Origin: Octopus bimaculoides
Taxonomy: Eukaryota
Reading direction: 5' to 3'
Assembly (NCBI RefSeq): GCF_001194135.2
Contig: NC_068990.1
Coordinates: 179,098 to 243,027 of the forward strand
DNA: 63,930 nt
The notes below the pieces were generated by a model. It saw only the letters and a list, made by a program, of their open reading frames with translations. It was not told the DNA's origin and ran no database searches. Position 1 is the first letter of the stretch. Each line of letters starts with the position of its first letter. Shown here one piece after another: positions 38,501-50,859 of this stretch. The position numbers were made by a program, and so were the translations under genes.

Positions 38501-41500
38501 AGAGTCTGATGGAGGCATAGAAAACTACTGAATGTATGAAAAAAAATTTGAAATTATTGATTATTTTGGACAAGGGACAAAATGGTTTCAATCTTGGGGT
38601 ATAACTTTGTTGAGATTGTAATTCCTTACACACAACTTTATCAGTCCCTAGAATTTCTTTGTGTAAAAGTAATTATTAATCTGAAACATATAGATACATA
38701 ATTTTGACCAATATGTTTTCTATTTAATCCAAAGTATGAGTGCTTAATCAATAATTTAAGGAATCTACACATGTCTAAAAAAATGGGCAGCTATGAGTTG
38801 TAGTTGGCTGTTTCTTTCCATGTAATGACTTAATCCCGATTACTAACTGCAGATAGCATCTTTCTTAGAATCCCTCCAATATGGTGATAAATATTAAGCC
38901 TGACTTTTGTTTTGATTGCCAAAACCAGAATTGAGAGCAGTGGATTGGTAGAGTTGTTTAAGCATTGGAAAAGTTCCTTGCAGTATGCACTAAATGTTAT
39001 TCTACCTTATATATTTATATTAAGGTAAAACACAAGAGTTTGGATGATGTATTTAAGTTATTCCAAAGGTTAAGAATGCTTGTGGTAAAGTGGATATTAA
39101 CTTAGACTTATAATATGGTGGGTATAGATCTTAAAAAGTTAGGAGTGGTAGTGATAAATGTACATAGTGTAGGTATAGAAAGGTGAAACAAGTCTTAGTG
39201 TGAGTCAATTTGATCATCTTTATTGTCATCATTGTTTTTACATCCTTTTTCCTATGTTGGCATGAGTTAGATGAAACTTGTTGAAGGAAATTTTTCTATG
39301 ATCGATCAGCTGCTCTTCTTCCCACCAACCATTACCAGTTTTTTTTTTATGGAAATGATGGAAATTTCCCTTATCATAGAATGTAAATGTTTCACTCGGG
39401 TGGTGTTTATGAGAAGATGATGTGTGTGCATGCACAAGCACACTGACAGAGGATGAACCTCTTCTTAATTTATGCTGCCCAGTTCCATTCACATGATATT
39501 GGTCATCCTGATACTTTAGCTGTTTGCCCAAGGTGTCATTGTGGGACTGGACCTGGAACCATGTGATTGTTAAGCAAACTTCATTCCCACATAGCCATGC
39601 CTGTGAATTAAAAGAAATGGACCTCACTAATGAGAGAGAGAGAGAGAGAGTAAGATATTATTCTGATCCACCTAACCATGTCAGCTTGAGAAAATTAATG
39701 TTAAACTATGACAATGGTAATAGAGTGTCTGATATTAATTATTCTGGATGAATACTTTGGTAAAAACACAAAGGCTGAATATTAAGTAAAGCTTCTAGTA
39801 AAATGAGATCTGCTGGTTAATAAAGAATGATGTTGTTATGTTAGAAATTTTGATTGATGGTAGTATGTCATCATTATCTAGGCTGATTCTAATCAGTCAG
39901 ACATACAATCAAAGGCATGATTTTCACTTCTTCATAGATTGTGTACCTGGGCCTACACAACCCACTATTTCCTTCCTTTCTTTTAAAATGGTAGGGTGTA
40001 ATTTGAGGGTGATCTCACTATTTCTTGCAAGTTGAGCAACTGTGTTAAGATTCTCTTGTTGGCTTGTGGTAACATTAGGTAGAGATTGGAGGTAATTTGA
40101 GTGAAGGGTTTGCTAATCAGCTGAGGCAAGTGCTATATCTTTGCTCAGTGAGGGATTCCAATCTGAAGACAGTTTGTGGCAGAGAAAACTTTTCTTATTT
40201 ACTTCTGCCAAGGGTTGTACTTCCTTAAATTGTTAACTCTATTTGTCTACTTTTGGTCAAAATTGTAGGACATAAGGTAAAATAATAATCAAATTTTGAG
40301 TTGAGTTACTTTTTGTACAAAATGGGAAAATAATTTGAGAGGTTAACCAAAATGTTTTAGGGTATTAACCAAATGGTCACAGGTTTATGAAAATGGCTTG
40401 GACTCCAAAATCACAATAAGACTCCAAAACCATGCAACGAGGGCAAATGTCTTCTACTATAGCCCAAATAAACTTGCTTGAGTGGATTTGGTAGAGAGAA
40501 ACTGCAAGAAGCCTGCCATGTGTGAGTGAGCGTCCTGTGTTTGTGTCTCCTTGTCTTGACCTGGTGTAATAGTTGCTGCAGAATGATTGTCACTGCCATA
40601 CAAGCGGTGTCATTCATTTCCACTGTTCTTTGAATGCATTTCTGGCCTTGTTGAAATATCAGCTTGCTTGGAAAGAGGTGAGGATTGGTGACAGGAAGGG
40701 CATCTAGCCATAGAAAACACACCAATTAAGAAAGAAAAAAATCTATTCCCATATTGAATTAGTGAGCAATTTAATTTATTGGTTACTAGTTTCTAAGAGA
40801 CCAATCATTGGTTCATTGCATTTCTGATGATGAGAGTAATAAGGGAGTGTCTGTAACCAGCTGCAGAACAAATATTGCAATGGACTTGATTCTAAAAGCA
40901 CTGAGTTTCTTGCATTGTTGTCATCTTGCAGTATACAATTGTTGAAAGACATTCACATGTGCATAACGGGCTTTTGCTTTGTTTGTGCCAGCCAAAATTC
41001 TACTTACATGTGTATGGAAGAAAACATTTGGCCAACATACTGTGCAGTGTAATTGAACCTGGTCCGATGTATATTATAGTTTTATTTTTGTTACTTTCTT
41101 ACCATGTCAGTTATTCTTGTTTCAGTCATTAGACTGCGGCCATGCTGGGGCACCACCTTCAAAAGTTTTAGTTGAATGAACCAACCGCAGTACTTTTTTT
41201 TTAAAACCTAGTACTTATTTTATCAGTCACTTTTGCCAAACCCCTAAGTTATGGACATGCACACACACATATACATACATACACACACACACACATACAC
41301 ACATACATACATGTGTATGTGTGTGTGTATATATATATATGTGTGTGTGTATATATACACACATGCACACACAAGGCTTCTTTCAGTTTCCATGTCCCAG
41401 ACCCACTCACAAGGCTTTGGTTGGCTCAAGGTCTATAGTAGAAGACATTTGCATAAGGTGACATGTTGTGGGACTGAACCCAGAGCCATGTGGTTGGGAA

Positions 41501-44500
41501 GTAAGCTCCTTACCACACAACCACTCCCATGCCTGTGTAGGAGTATGTTTATTGTACAAAATGTCAAACTAAAGAGATTCTAAAACAAAAAAATTAAAAA
41601 AAGACACTATCTTTTTTTCTCTTTCATACATAAACCATTTTCTCTGAAGAAATTAAGTTCAGGGAAGAGTGTTTGATTCTGTCATTCCACTGTATTAGCA
41701 GCAATTCCTGCGAAAACGTGGAGGGATGAAAAGAAAAAATGTGGATGGATGAAAACCCAGTCCAACATTATTGAAACACTGTAACAAACCAAATGCATTG
41801 TATCTTAACCCTTCTTTGACTACATTTCAATGAAATACATTTCATATCTTTTTTTGGTTAAGTTTGGAAAGCATTTCAAGACTTTGAAGAAATTTAGTAA
41901 AAATAAGAAACCTCTCTCATTATTAAATAGGTGTTTCAAGGGTAGTGGAACTGTAGAATTGTTAGAGCCCAAGACAAAATACTTTGCAGTATTTCTTTTG
42001 GATTTTTGTGTTCAAATCACGCTGAGGTCATCTTTATCTTTCATTCCTCCAGGGCGGATAAAATATAGTAGTAGTCTAGTACTGGGGTCGATGTAATTGC
42101 CTACCCCTTCTCCACTAAAAAGATTGCTAGGCCTTGTATCTAAATTGGAAACCTAATGTCAATGTGGTGTTTGAAGCATAACTTCACAAATGCTTGTTGC
42201 TAAGTTAATGATTTAAATACAGAACATTTAAAACTAGGCAACTTTGTCTCATATTGGCTTCAGGCAGGTCAGGACTAGAAAGGTTGTAAAGAAATAAAAC
42301 TAGTATATCTTGAAGGAAGGAAAGTATTAGTATTTGTGTTGTAGAATTTACCATGGTGAGGGCTAAGGTAGCAGATTTTATTGTGTTGTAAATCTAAATC
42401 GGTAAGTATTGTATAATTGTCATGTAATATTTTGGCTGATCAGCAGGGAAAGAAAACGGGCATAAATATTTCTTTCACTAGAAGAGAAAAAAATAGTTTA
42501 TGACCAGTACTTTAGAACACTGGTTCTTAAACTGACAAGTACCAGGTCCGTCCTAATGTAGTAGGGAAGTATTTTGGCACCCCTTTCCCTTTTTGCTAAT
42601 TATATGACAAAATATATTTTTGCATCTGTATAATTTTCCTTTAAGCACCTTGTCACCACCACCACCACCACCATCATTTAATGTGTTTTCCATGCTGGCA
42701 TGAAGTGGATAGTTTGACAGGAGTTGGCAAAGTCCGGAACCACATCAGGTTCTATAGTTTGTTTTAGCTTGGTTTCTACAACTGGATGCCTTTCCTAATG
42801 CCAACCACTTTACAGAGTGGCACTGGGTGTTTTTTAAATGGTACCAGCATCAGCAGCTAAGGATAATTAGAAACCATCTGAATTATATTTAATGTAGCAA
42901 TTTGTCCCCCAGCTTTTCAATCCCTATAGTTCTCCCTGCCTCATGAGAAGTACTGTTCTAGGGAATATAAAAGAAGAAAGCAAGTTTGTCTTTAGTTATG
43001 GCATTTTTCAGTAGAAAGATGGAATAAATTTGAAGATGTCTAGTGGATTGTTTAATATCTTTGCCAGAGCATATAACATTTTAATTGCAGACATTGGTCA
43101 GTAAGGATTTAGGTCTTAGAACAAGTGCTGAGAAAACTTCTTTCACAGTTATCATTATTAAGAGCTTCTGCTCAAGTTAATTGATGCTAAACCAATTGTT
43201 GATACATTATCCTTTGATATGTCAAGAAGTGCTGTATGTTCTACATTTGAAATTTGTCATTGTTAATAAAATATATTAATGGCTGCATGCTTAAACAAAA
43301 GAACCTGTCGGGTAAGTAGTATCAATGGTGTCCTGAAACTAAACTGTGCTGGTCCCAAGTCAGATCTCTGTAGCATGCCTCTGCAAATGGTGCAACTAAT
43401 ACATTATGCTTGCAGTTACTCATTGCTTCTTGATAGTTGGTTATCAGTCGAGTTGCTCGCTTCTCTTGTAGCATCAGGATGGTGGTGGGATGAGTGTGAC
43501 ATATAACTAGACAAACTAAAACCTAAATACAAAGCTATTGTAGTGGACGAAGAATGAAAGTAGTTGATTTTCTTTGTACTTGAAAGAGAAAAATCTAAAG
43601 ATCTATTCTTGAGTACTTCTTGGGAACTTCATTTCTACTCCTTGTATTTGAACCTCATCAAAACTCCTGCTGTCTTCTTCTCTTGTGATGGTTGTAGTTA
43701 TCTCCTCAGTTTGTCAGTTTATTTCATCTTCTAACAATAAATTTTTTTTTTTTTTGCTGTTGTTTGTAATCAATTTCACTAGTTAAGACTTCTATTAGTT
43801 TTGAGAAACTGACTGGGCAGCCAACAGGTGTAGACAAAAGTGGGTTGTATCCATATATGTAAAAGTATGAAACTGAGTGAAAAGCTCCATAAATAAAAGC
43901 AGTAGAGAACATTACAAATTACAAATTTGTGGAAAAAAAATGTGGGGTGCATAAGATGTAGTTCAGCAAACCACACAAAGCCAACCGTCACAAATATTAG
44001 AGCATCATAAAAAAAAAAATGTAATCTGATCCATGATTGCGTTAAAAAGTATGCTAAAGCATGGATGGTACTGTGCCTTGCTTTTATTAGAGCTGAAGTA
44101 ATTATATTCTATACCATTTCAATAAATGGTATATGAAACACTGTTAATATACCTAGCAGGTGTTTATGGTAACCTGTATAAAAATTATAAAAAAAGTTTT
44201 TTTGTCCGTATATGCAGAACACATCTGGAACCTTGATTTATGTGTTACCGTTTCTTTCTGTTTCCTCTCAGACATTTTGGCAATGAAATTGTCTCCGCTC
44301 TTGCAAATCTTGGCTTTTGCTCAAAACTGCATCAGCAGCAAGCATTTCTCTATCATAAAGATATTTCTAGAAATTAGTCGTTCTAATACTGTCTCTAGAT
44401 CATTCTTCACTGAGGTGTACTATGTTTTATATTTTTGAAAATAACCACTTCTATTTTACATGGTGCAACATGTTGCCTCAGTCTAAAGTAGTTTATATAG

Positions 44501-46675
44501 ATTGTCATTAAGGTAAAAGCTTTTGTATAATGGTTTTGTCTTGTGTGATTGATTATATTTAAGTTCTTGAAATGTAAAAATCGGTTGCTTATTTGGAAAT
44601 TGGATATCATGCTTTGATTTAGGGATTTCACATAGGATGAAAGCATAAACTCCTCCCACACCGTCTTTAACTTTAACATTTAATCCAGCCATATCTAGCT
44701 CAAGCAGTCTGACTCTTTTATGTTCAGAATGATCTGATCTGACTTCTCATTCCTGTTCTACAATGTCATTCTAAACATAAGCAATCACATCATTGAAATT
44801 TTGAAACTATAAGATAGTGCATAAGTAATTGAAAATGATGTGAATATTTATTTACATTACATTTGACTGCGTAATCTGAATGCTGAAGGGTTAAAGTGGT
44901 GAGCACATTCTAAATTCTAGGACTAAATACTTACAATTAAGCAGGAACGGCCATAATTAAGATTTAATGAAGTGTTTACTGAACAACACAAACCCAGATT
45001 TAGGGACATGTAACAGTAGATACTTAGATTTAGGTACCTTCTGATGGGTGTTTTGTTGGTCTTGAGACATGTAATATTGGAGGAATTTAGTTTTTTTCAT
45101 TCCTCTGATTGATCAGAACCTATAAATTAATCAAGGAGGATTAAATTAATTCAGGAGGAAAACATCAACTACATGTCACTTAGCTCTGATTTGCTCACTG
45201 ACAATCCAAGATCAGAAACAGTGACAGTTAAGACCAAAAAGCTGATAAATTACATGGTTCATAAATTATACTACTTTATATGGTCCATCATGGAAGCATC
45301 GTTAGGATGTTGGATTCATGATCATAAGATTATGGTCTCAATTCCTGAGGTGGTAGTTTCACACAGGTTAGCCATTTCATTGTGAGGAATTCTCTCAGGC
45401 TGATCAGTTCACAGTGAGTGACGATCCTTGACAGGTGATTTCATGGCAGGGGGTGGTTTCACAAGGATATACATGAACTCTGGATCTGATTAATTTAATC
45501 AAATAGTCTTTCATGTAATCTATTTGTGAAACTAGATGCGCTACCAAGGACTCATTCTATGGACTCATAGCAGCCAGTTTCTTGGTTTCTGTGTTCTATA
45601 AATATTTAGACCCTGGAGGGGATGCTGGTCCATCACAAGATTATTCATTATTGCCAGCTGAGTGGACTGGAGCAATGTGAAATGAAGTGTCTTGCTCAAG
45701 AATGCAAATGCGTTGCCCAGCTGAGAAATTGAAACCATAATCATATGAGTCCAACATCCTAACCATGCTTCCATGATGGACCACATAAAGCTGTATAATT
45801 TATCAGCTTTTGGTTTTAACTGTCACTGTTTCTGATCATTGAGTAAAATAGAGAGTTTAGTGACATGTAGTTGATGCTTTCCTCCTGAATTGATTTAATT
45901 GTCCTTGATTAATTTATAGGTTCTGATCAAACAGAGGAATGAAAAAAAACTAAATTCCTGATTGATAAAAAATACAATAATGTAAACTCTCACTATTTAA
46001 GAAAGGTAACAGTTTATTGAAAACTATGTCCTTTTTAAATGTAGTTGCAAGAATAATAAAATCCTGTATTCAGGAAATTGTTCCAAAATTTCTCACCATC
46101 TTTTTTTAATCCCTTACCCAAATTTATATTTTGCATTTTGTTTTACTGTTGGAGTTGAACTTGAGACAATAAAAGTTCTGTTGTTTTTCTTACAGATAAG
46201 TCTCTGAAGAAGAAGAAGAAGAAGCATAAAGAAGAGAAAGTGAAAGTAGAATGCAAAGAGAAAAAAGATGAAGAGTGTAATAGTAATAAAAAGCGGGAGG
46301 TTCCTAGCAAAGATGAGCCTCCTCCACCTGAGAGTATGGACTCGGAACAGTCTGTGATGGATAATAAATTTATAAATAAGGTGCCTGATAAAGCACCAAA
46401 GGAAGAGAGAAAACGACCTAACACTGTAAAATCCTACCCCTCCAAATTTAGGTCAACAGGTGGGTAAATTTTTTAGTGACACTTAACTGTGTCTCCGCCA
46501 ACTTTCAACTATTAAATTCCCTGATATTGAAACACCTGTTTCGAGGATATGTCCTCATAAATGGTTTCCCATCAAAGGGTATGGAATTGAGAACTACTCA
46601 CAGCGTTGGGGCCAGTGAAGGGAGCACTCTTGCCATTGTTGTTAGGCAACATTGATCAGCATTTATGTGTGTGTG

Positions 46676-46715
<40 letters not shown>

Positions 46716-47530
46716 CGCACACATACGTATACATATGTATATAGCTTGGTCATATTAACAACAAGGTCATTCTTTATGGAATCGGCAGTTCTCGGAGTTT
46801 TCTCAGAATACACCTGGCTTACATAGCAGAAACAAGGAATTACTTCCGTTGGTTTCTTGAAGGTGCCAAGGAATGTATTCTCAACGTTTCTCATTTTGTG
46901 CTGCCTGTTAAGGAAAAAAAAATTCTTACTGAGTCTGAGTGTGTCTTTGATGCTGGTTTAGCAGTTTCCATTCTAGGTTTAATGATTTTAAGCTGAGGTT
47001 GAACTTGTCAGTGACCATTGACAAATTTTGCCTTTATGGAGAGAATCAGATGACATGGGCTTATTACATACATACAAGCAAACACTTTGTGTTTACGTCA
47101 AAGAATCTGGTGGAACAATCTGAATTATTGTTCTGGGTTGAGAAGTATTGAGAAGCTGGCCATCTTTGAAGAATATTTTTTTACAGTATTTTAATTTCTG
47201 ATTGGACACCAGTGTTTGGTTTGATGATGCAAAAAGAAATGTTTTATCTTGTTAAAGACTTTTACATAAAAAAAAATATTGTAGCAACTTTTTTGAGAAA
47301 AGAGAAATAATAATAAAAAAAAAAAAGAAAATAGAAACTGATGCCATTAATTGAAAAATTGAGAAAAGTCAGTGTTTGATTATGTGAAATACGTTTTTGA
47401 GGTCTTTCAGATTTGTTTGAGTTGCTTGAGAAATATGGTCTTGTGTTTGTGATGTATGTGCATGCATATATATATATATGTGTGTATATAGGTGTTTGTA
47501 CATGTATGTATGTACATACGTGTGTGTATG

Positions 47531-47629
<99 letters not shown>

Positions 47630-49415
47630 ACACACATACACATAATGCACTTAACATATATTACTGAATGTTTACACTTTGTTTTTCATTTTTGCTCCAA
47701 CTCTGTTTCTGTTTAAGTTTCTAGCAATATAATGAGTAATGGACAGGTGTGAGAGTTGCATTCATCTCTCACTTTTCCAGTTGCTTTCTTTATAGATTTT
47801 TTTTTATTTCTTAAAAACCTCTTTCTCATTTGTTAACCTTCATAAATTAAATTTTTTAATAGCAGTGAAATCAAAATATTTTTATGCTTTACATTAATTA
47901 AATTTAAAAAAAAAATGTAATTATTTCTTTTATTAGAAAAATTTTCCACTCATCATTTGCTAACCAATCAAAATCTGAGAATGATCTGCTTTAACCTTCA
48001 AGAATAATAATGTTTGGTTTTTTTGAAATCGATTATATATTGTCCGATTGTGACATTACTGGTAAAAGACTGGGAGTTGTATTGTTCTGGAGTTTAGATA
48101 ATGATATGATGTCATTGGTTTTGGTGATCCTCTTCAAAAAACCTTCCTCAATAAATGGTAGGTTCTGCAAATGCTCTTTAGGTTTGGTTGGACTTAGTAC
48201 GAAAATCCTATGTAATTTCTTCTGATTTTAGAGAAACCTGTTTTGTTTGATAGTTTTCATAACATCACCTGATAAATTTCAAAGATCTCTCTACCAACTT
48301 TAGTACTCTGATTGCTAATAAATATTTGGTAATATTTGGTTTGTGATTACAACAAAAAGCATCCAATTCTTGGTATATTTCTGATGAAGTTTCAGCATTG
48401 TGTTATTAGAAAATTGGACATCACCTTTCTTTATCATATCTTGAATATTTTTATACCATTATCTTTTTTTAAATATTTAATTTAATTCATTAAATAGATT
48501 TTGACAAGTTGCTGTTATTGAAGTTCAGAAAATTATAAAAAAAACACAAAACATTTTTGATAATATTAAAAATGAAAAAAAAATTTGAGTATGATTTTCT
48601 AATTTAAATTCTTCTCAAAAATATTATCTTATCATTAGTACTATAATGTTAGAATGATGATTCTGGTAGCTTTCACCAAAGATTCTTACTTATTTTGAGG
48701 AGCAGAGAGCAAACAAAATATTTCTGCATTGATCTGCAGATGTAACCTTACTATTGTTCACAGCTATCATTTGCCAAAATCTCTTAAACTTTAGTATGTC
48801 TCTCTCTTTGTTGTATCAAGATTGACTGTTATGTCCATGGATCTTGGAGTCAAATTTCTTTCTGAATCAAATTCTACAGATCCAATGAGAAAATTAAGTT
48901 CTTTTCTCTCTCGTTTAATCAAAGTGAGGTCCCTAATGAAAATAAAGACTTCAAGGAGAAACTTGTATGCTTACATCTAAATAATCCAGTCAAAAGTCAG
49001 ACATCATCTAAAAACGATGTATAATGACATGTTACATTTGAAACAAAAACAAATGAAAAACACAAAAATTAGAAGAAATAAAAACGATAGTTTTCCTTTT
49101 AAATGTCATGATTAGTAGAAAACATTTGACTTTTTACTGATGCCTCTGGACTTCATTTTACTAAATTAGAAACAAAAGAAAAATTCTTTAAGACAGTATG
49201 TAAATTTGTTACTGAAAATAATAAAACAAAAACAGGCAGTATCTGATAGATAAAAGTTATTAATATGTTAACAATTTCTCTTTATACTTAATTACATCAG
49301 GTGTCTGGCAATTCTATTGCATATCGTAACTGTAAACCCCTGTCAAGTTCAGAGGCATTTCTAGACTTTACTTTTGCAGTATTTCAGTGAAAAATCAGCT
49401 TAAAGAAAAAAAAAA

Positions 49416-49450
<35 letters not shown>

Positions 49451-50819
49451 TTACTTAAATATAATTAATGACCTGACAAGTTATCAATCACAAACGTATT
49501 TTCCTTTTCATTTTTATACTCTTTGTTACAAATAAACAGATCTTTATTTGAAACTTCTTTCTAAGTAAGTTGTGAGGTTAAAAAGAATTTAAATATTAGA
49601 ACTAAAGAAATCTGTTTAATGAGTAATTTAAAGTGGGGGGAAAAAAGAAAGAAAAGGGATGAAAAGGTAAGAAATTGTTGAGAAATAAAAGCTTTTTTAA
49701 TGATATTGGATAAAATGGAGTAAAGAAGACACCTGGGTTAACTTGAAATGATTTCAGTGGCTTTAGTTGTAACCATCTCATTGGTTTTTGGAAACAACAG
49801 CACAGTCTGACTGGCATATAAATAAACGTGATTGAAGATATTTCTCCTCAAGTTGGTGAAACTGCTTGAAGAATTCTGGTATATGATAAGGTAAGTACTT
49901 TCCAGAGGTCAGCAGTGGTGTTCTGATGGGACATCACACCACTATTTACTTGACCTTTGCAACTGCACAATGTCAAGAAAGGTTAGCAGATTGTAGTTTT
50001 AAAAAATATATATGTATGATGCTATAAGCTTTTTGGAAAAAGCTGGAAAACAAAAGCATTTTATTTATTGCATGGTCCAAAGTTTTGGAATTATTTGCCT
50101 GAAATGAAAGTTCATACTAGGTGACTTTGGTGTATTCCAATGCAGACATTATTATTGCAATTATGAAAAATACCAGCTCTTCTATCATATGGCTGATTAA
50201 AATCATCAAGGAAGCTGCATTTTGGGTTGTCATTGTGACTACCTCTTCACTCTGTCAGCTCTTACCCTGTTCTGTATTGGTTCATTATACTCTTTGAGTG
50301 GTGCCAATGATGTTTCCCTTGATTCTGGAATCGTTATAGATTGCTGAAAACTTTATTTAGGGAGGACATTTTTACTGTTTATTGTTGAATAATGATGTGA
50401 AAGTCAGGAAAAAATACCAAAAAAAAAAAAAAAAACTTATTTTAAAAAATATTTCCAAGAAACCCATGAATAGCCTCTGTATGGTGTTTGGACAATGAAA
50501 TACAATAAATGAAAGTTACTTTGCTCACATTTTGACTCCTTGTTTATTGTCCGTGTGCTGTTTTGAGAAATGTCTGCAGTGGTTCATTGTATTGGAAACA
50601 TTCTCATTGAAGTTTTCAGAATTTTTTTTACACATGGTATTAATAGAGAAAAACCAGTATGATTCCTTTTCTCTAATGAAATTCGGTGTCAACAAATAGT
50701 TGCACCAAGTACCAATTGAATTTCTTTGACAATGAGTCATTACATGGCTATTATTTGCCATAATATATATATATATATATAGGGAGAAACTTTGATGTGT
50801 ATATGTGTGTGGGCATGCA

Positions 50820-50859
<40 letters not shown>

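Noticed and set aside
40826-40905. Box C (ATGATGA) and box D (CTGA) about 75 nt apart
   Set aside because: No terminal stem and no recognisable rRNA antisense element; the motifs are too short to be significant alone.
43040-43600. Faint CR1/jockey-like RT similarity (DTLSFDMSR; LNKRTCRVSSINGV)
   Set aside because: Too degenerate to support by eye; needs a profile search.
49800-49896. Strong donor AAG|GTAAGT suggesting a poison exon
   Set aside because: No good pyrimidine-tract acceptor upstream, and one such 9-mer is expected by chance in a window of this size and composition.
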